Below, one piece after another: positions 61,270-64,000 of a stretch of 64,000 nt of DNA; position 1 is the stretch's first letter, and each line of letters begins with the position of its first letter. The notes under the pieces are model-generated. The model saw only the letters and a program-made list of their open reading frames with translations. It ran no database searches and was not told the DNA's origin. Location of the stretch: NCBI GenBank assembly GCA_964016885.1, contig OZ024741.1:326368001-326432000 (forward strand), written 5' to 3'. The DNA comes from Eledone cirrhosa (taxonomy: Eukaryota). The position numbers and the translations under genes are program-made.

Positions 61270-61990
61270 CCTGGGGTGTCATGCCCTTTTCAGTAGAGTT
61301 CGTCCTACATTGGGACCCACCTGGCACTCAGCTCTCACCTGTTGCCCCAAGAAGCTGTAGCGTGCGACAGCGGCTACACCCCGGTAAACGGCCTTGGCTG
61401 GCGGGCCGAACCAGGTTGAGGGTAGGCGGACGGGTCTTCCCCCCCCCCCCCCCCATCCCGGTGAGTTAGATAGGGGATGGCTGCCCCTGCATGCGAAGAC
61501 TGGACCCGGAAGAGTGAGTGGAGCAGGACAACATCGTCCCAACGGTCACGAAGGTGGCGACAGCAAGCAGTGTGGAGCGCTAGGGCACGGCAAGACACTA
61601 CAGACGTCGTGGCCACTGCAGCCAAGGAAGTCACTGGTCGTGACGGTCCTCCGTACCACCGGATTCTGGTTTCTACGGCCGAGTGAGTGGGACCGTCACT
61701 GTGCACTGGCCCTCCCACTATAACCCTTTCCTGCATAGGTTACTTCTTTAGGGTACACTCCCAAAGGCCTGCGGCAATAAGCAAAAGGCGGAGATAATCG
61801 GTGGAGGTAACCTCAGAGAGTTGCCAGTCTGACTCCGGTCTCTTTCCCTGCCCCCACTGTCCCCGGACCTGCAAGTCAAGGATCGGCCTCCACAGCCACC
61901 TTCGTGACCACGGCAGACGCGAACAACAGTAAATAAGATGTCATCATCGTTTACAATGGACCAGCAACCAGTATTAGCAGTTGTAGTAGA
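61270..61990 (+). mobile_element. GC-rich segment resembling an RTE/BovB-type LINE 5' UTR
   Basis: Abrupt GC-rich block after the 61020 repeat, with no credible ORF. Assignment is by general resemblance only. Confidence 0.35.
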
Positions 61991-63643
61991 GTCTCCACAC
62001 GGACCTTAGACAGACAACAGGTTTCTGAGCATATATGCTGTGCCCAACAGAGCTGTCTTTTGTAAGGGTGCAACTTTCAATTTGAAGTGTATATGCTTAA
62101 GGCGCCATCTTACTTGCAATAGAATCAAAATGTCTTACTCAAAAAGGTCTTACTCAATCGATATCATCTAGATATTATTCGATATTATTGGCCACATTCG
62201 TGTTATTTCCACGTTTAAATTCATATATTTGTTATTTATTCAATTTCTGGCACCTACGCCTATTTCTATCAAAACTACAATACCTGCTCTGCTGTGTTAA
62301 AGCTCACGTTCCGTTTGGATAGAGAAGTCCGTAAAATCTCGAGCTTTTCTCTTCCACCAAAGATATTTTCTCGGAGAAGAAGGTATCACTTATCGTCTCC
62401 TGATATGCGTATTTTTGACACATTGACGAGGGAAGGTATATACGGAATTTGCCATATCCTCTTATATATTTCCTTTGCGCCTGCATTTTGCAAGCGCCCA
62501 CTATGTCGGTAATAATTTGATACACACGCACTTCCTCCTTTCACCGAAGTGATATATATACCTTTAGTCTCCGACTGCGTATTCAACTTTTGGTATCAAC
62601 AGTGCTTCAATGTCCTTTTTTAGATCACTCCAAATTGCATGTTTATTAATTAGTGATAGTTACTAGAGTAAATTGTTCCTTGCCACGTTGATTGTAATCA
62701 GTCTGTTACCGGAATTGCAGTCCTGAATATTGAAACGAAAATTGGTATTACTAGAGATGTTATTTGCACTGTGATTATAACTTCTTCATCACAGAATCTA
62801 TATATATTTCTTTGTCTTATTTAATGGCACTGACGAGAATTTGCTGTGTATGTATATCTGTGATGACCAAATTGTCATAGACCTTCTAATGTCAGATTAG
62901 AATACAACGTCATGTGGGATGTCTCAGGTTATTTCTTTCGGCCATTTGTGTTTTGATTTTGCCTGCTAGTTACTAGTTCGTAGCAATATCAGACTTGCCT
63001 TTCCCTTTACAAACATCGATGACAGAGAGAAGGCATATTTTCATGCAGGAGTGACTATTGGTGACATTTTTTGTTGTTGTCATTTCTTAGATTCTGGTTA
63101 AACGGAGAAAATTCGAATTCCACTGCCCTCTGTGCTACCTTATTTGTTTTCCTTTATGACTACGTGGTTTTATTTCAGTAAAATCGGGCCGTTTATGTTC
63201 GCAGATAGAAAGATCACATATATTGTACCAATCATGTGTGTGTAAGTTTCATTCATTTCTATATTGTTTAACTTTGTTTAAACTTTTAATTTGGCACAAT
63301 ATTTGGCTCGATTCCTTATTTTATTATATGTATGGCATTTCAGCTTTAGGTATCAAGTTTTTGTAAGGAACGTCCAGCATTTGTATTGATGGGTATAATA
63401 GACTATGTTATAATACATATTGCATAGGCTATTATGGAAGGCATCGAAACACGTGTTGGAATCACAAGTACTTAATACATGAATTAATTAACACCAACAT
63501 ATATGCCTCAGTCTTTTTCTACAATTCTTTCTATTTTACTCTCTCACTCATTTTCTCTCTCTCTCATTTTCTCTCTCTCTCTCTCTATCTCTCTATCTAT
63601 ATCTTTCTATATACATACATATATAATAAGAAGTTGATGTCCC

Positions 63644-63711
<68 letters not shown>

Positions 63712-64000
63712 TGGCTGCCAACTCGTTTTTGAGTACGGCCACTACTTTATATCCATGTAGGAGAACCCCTACCGATGCGCTAAACAAGTGTGACTATTTA
63801 GTCCAGCCAGCGACTTGAAAACTCTGGTACAAACACTACAACTGTGACAACTATTGACATATAGTGCTAAGCCCATGGCACCACGTGACGACAAGTGCAG
63901 AGAGATCTCCAGATATAAAGCAATGCCTGTGCCGTGAAGCTTTTATAGTGAGCAAAAGCACTGCACAAAGCCAGTCCCACTCTCTTAACCAAGATGATAT

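Noticed and set aside
61279-61736. Overlapping ORFs in the GC-rich block
   Set aside because: Expected from high GC content; no recognisable protein motifs.
62290-63200. Possible LINE endonuclease remnant or host exon
   Set aside because: Short ORFs with no convincing motif or splice pattern.

Overview
AT-rich, microsatellite-saturated eukaryotic DNA with no recognisable intact host gene. The SINEs and repeat style suggest an octopus-like cephalopod (inference). The window is almost entirely decayed mobile DNA: Penelope-like retroelements (PLEs; RT plus GIY-YIG) of several types (Naiad-like, Hydra-like with CxCx5C linker, Neptune-like, Penelope/Poseidon-like), most with inverted 5' arms. It also holds an R4/Dong LINE in a (TAA)n tract, CRE LINE fragments, a Ty3/Gypsy remnant with one LTR, Helitrons, MITE-like palindromes and tRNA-derived SINEs. 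Most ORF-track entries are microsatellite artefacts. The main hidden signal is about 20 type I hammerhead ribozyme (HHR) motifs, intact or decayed, read by eye. These include (i) non-coding 430-550 nt terminally redundant or tandem HHR units resembling non-LTR retrozymes, (ii) a covarying HHR family lying inside an apparent 150-nt GT-AG intron in Hydra-like PLE pLTRs, and (iii) a recurrent U10.1-U11.1 core variant. All structures were folded by hand and boundaries of decayed elements are approximate.
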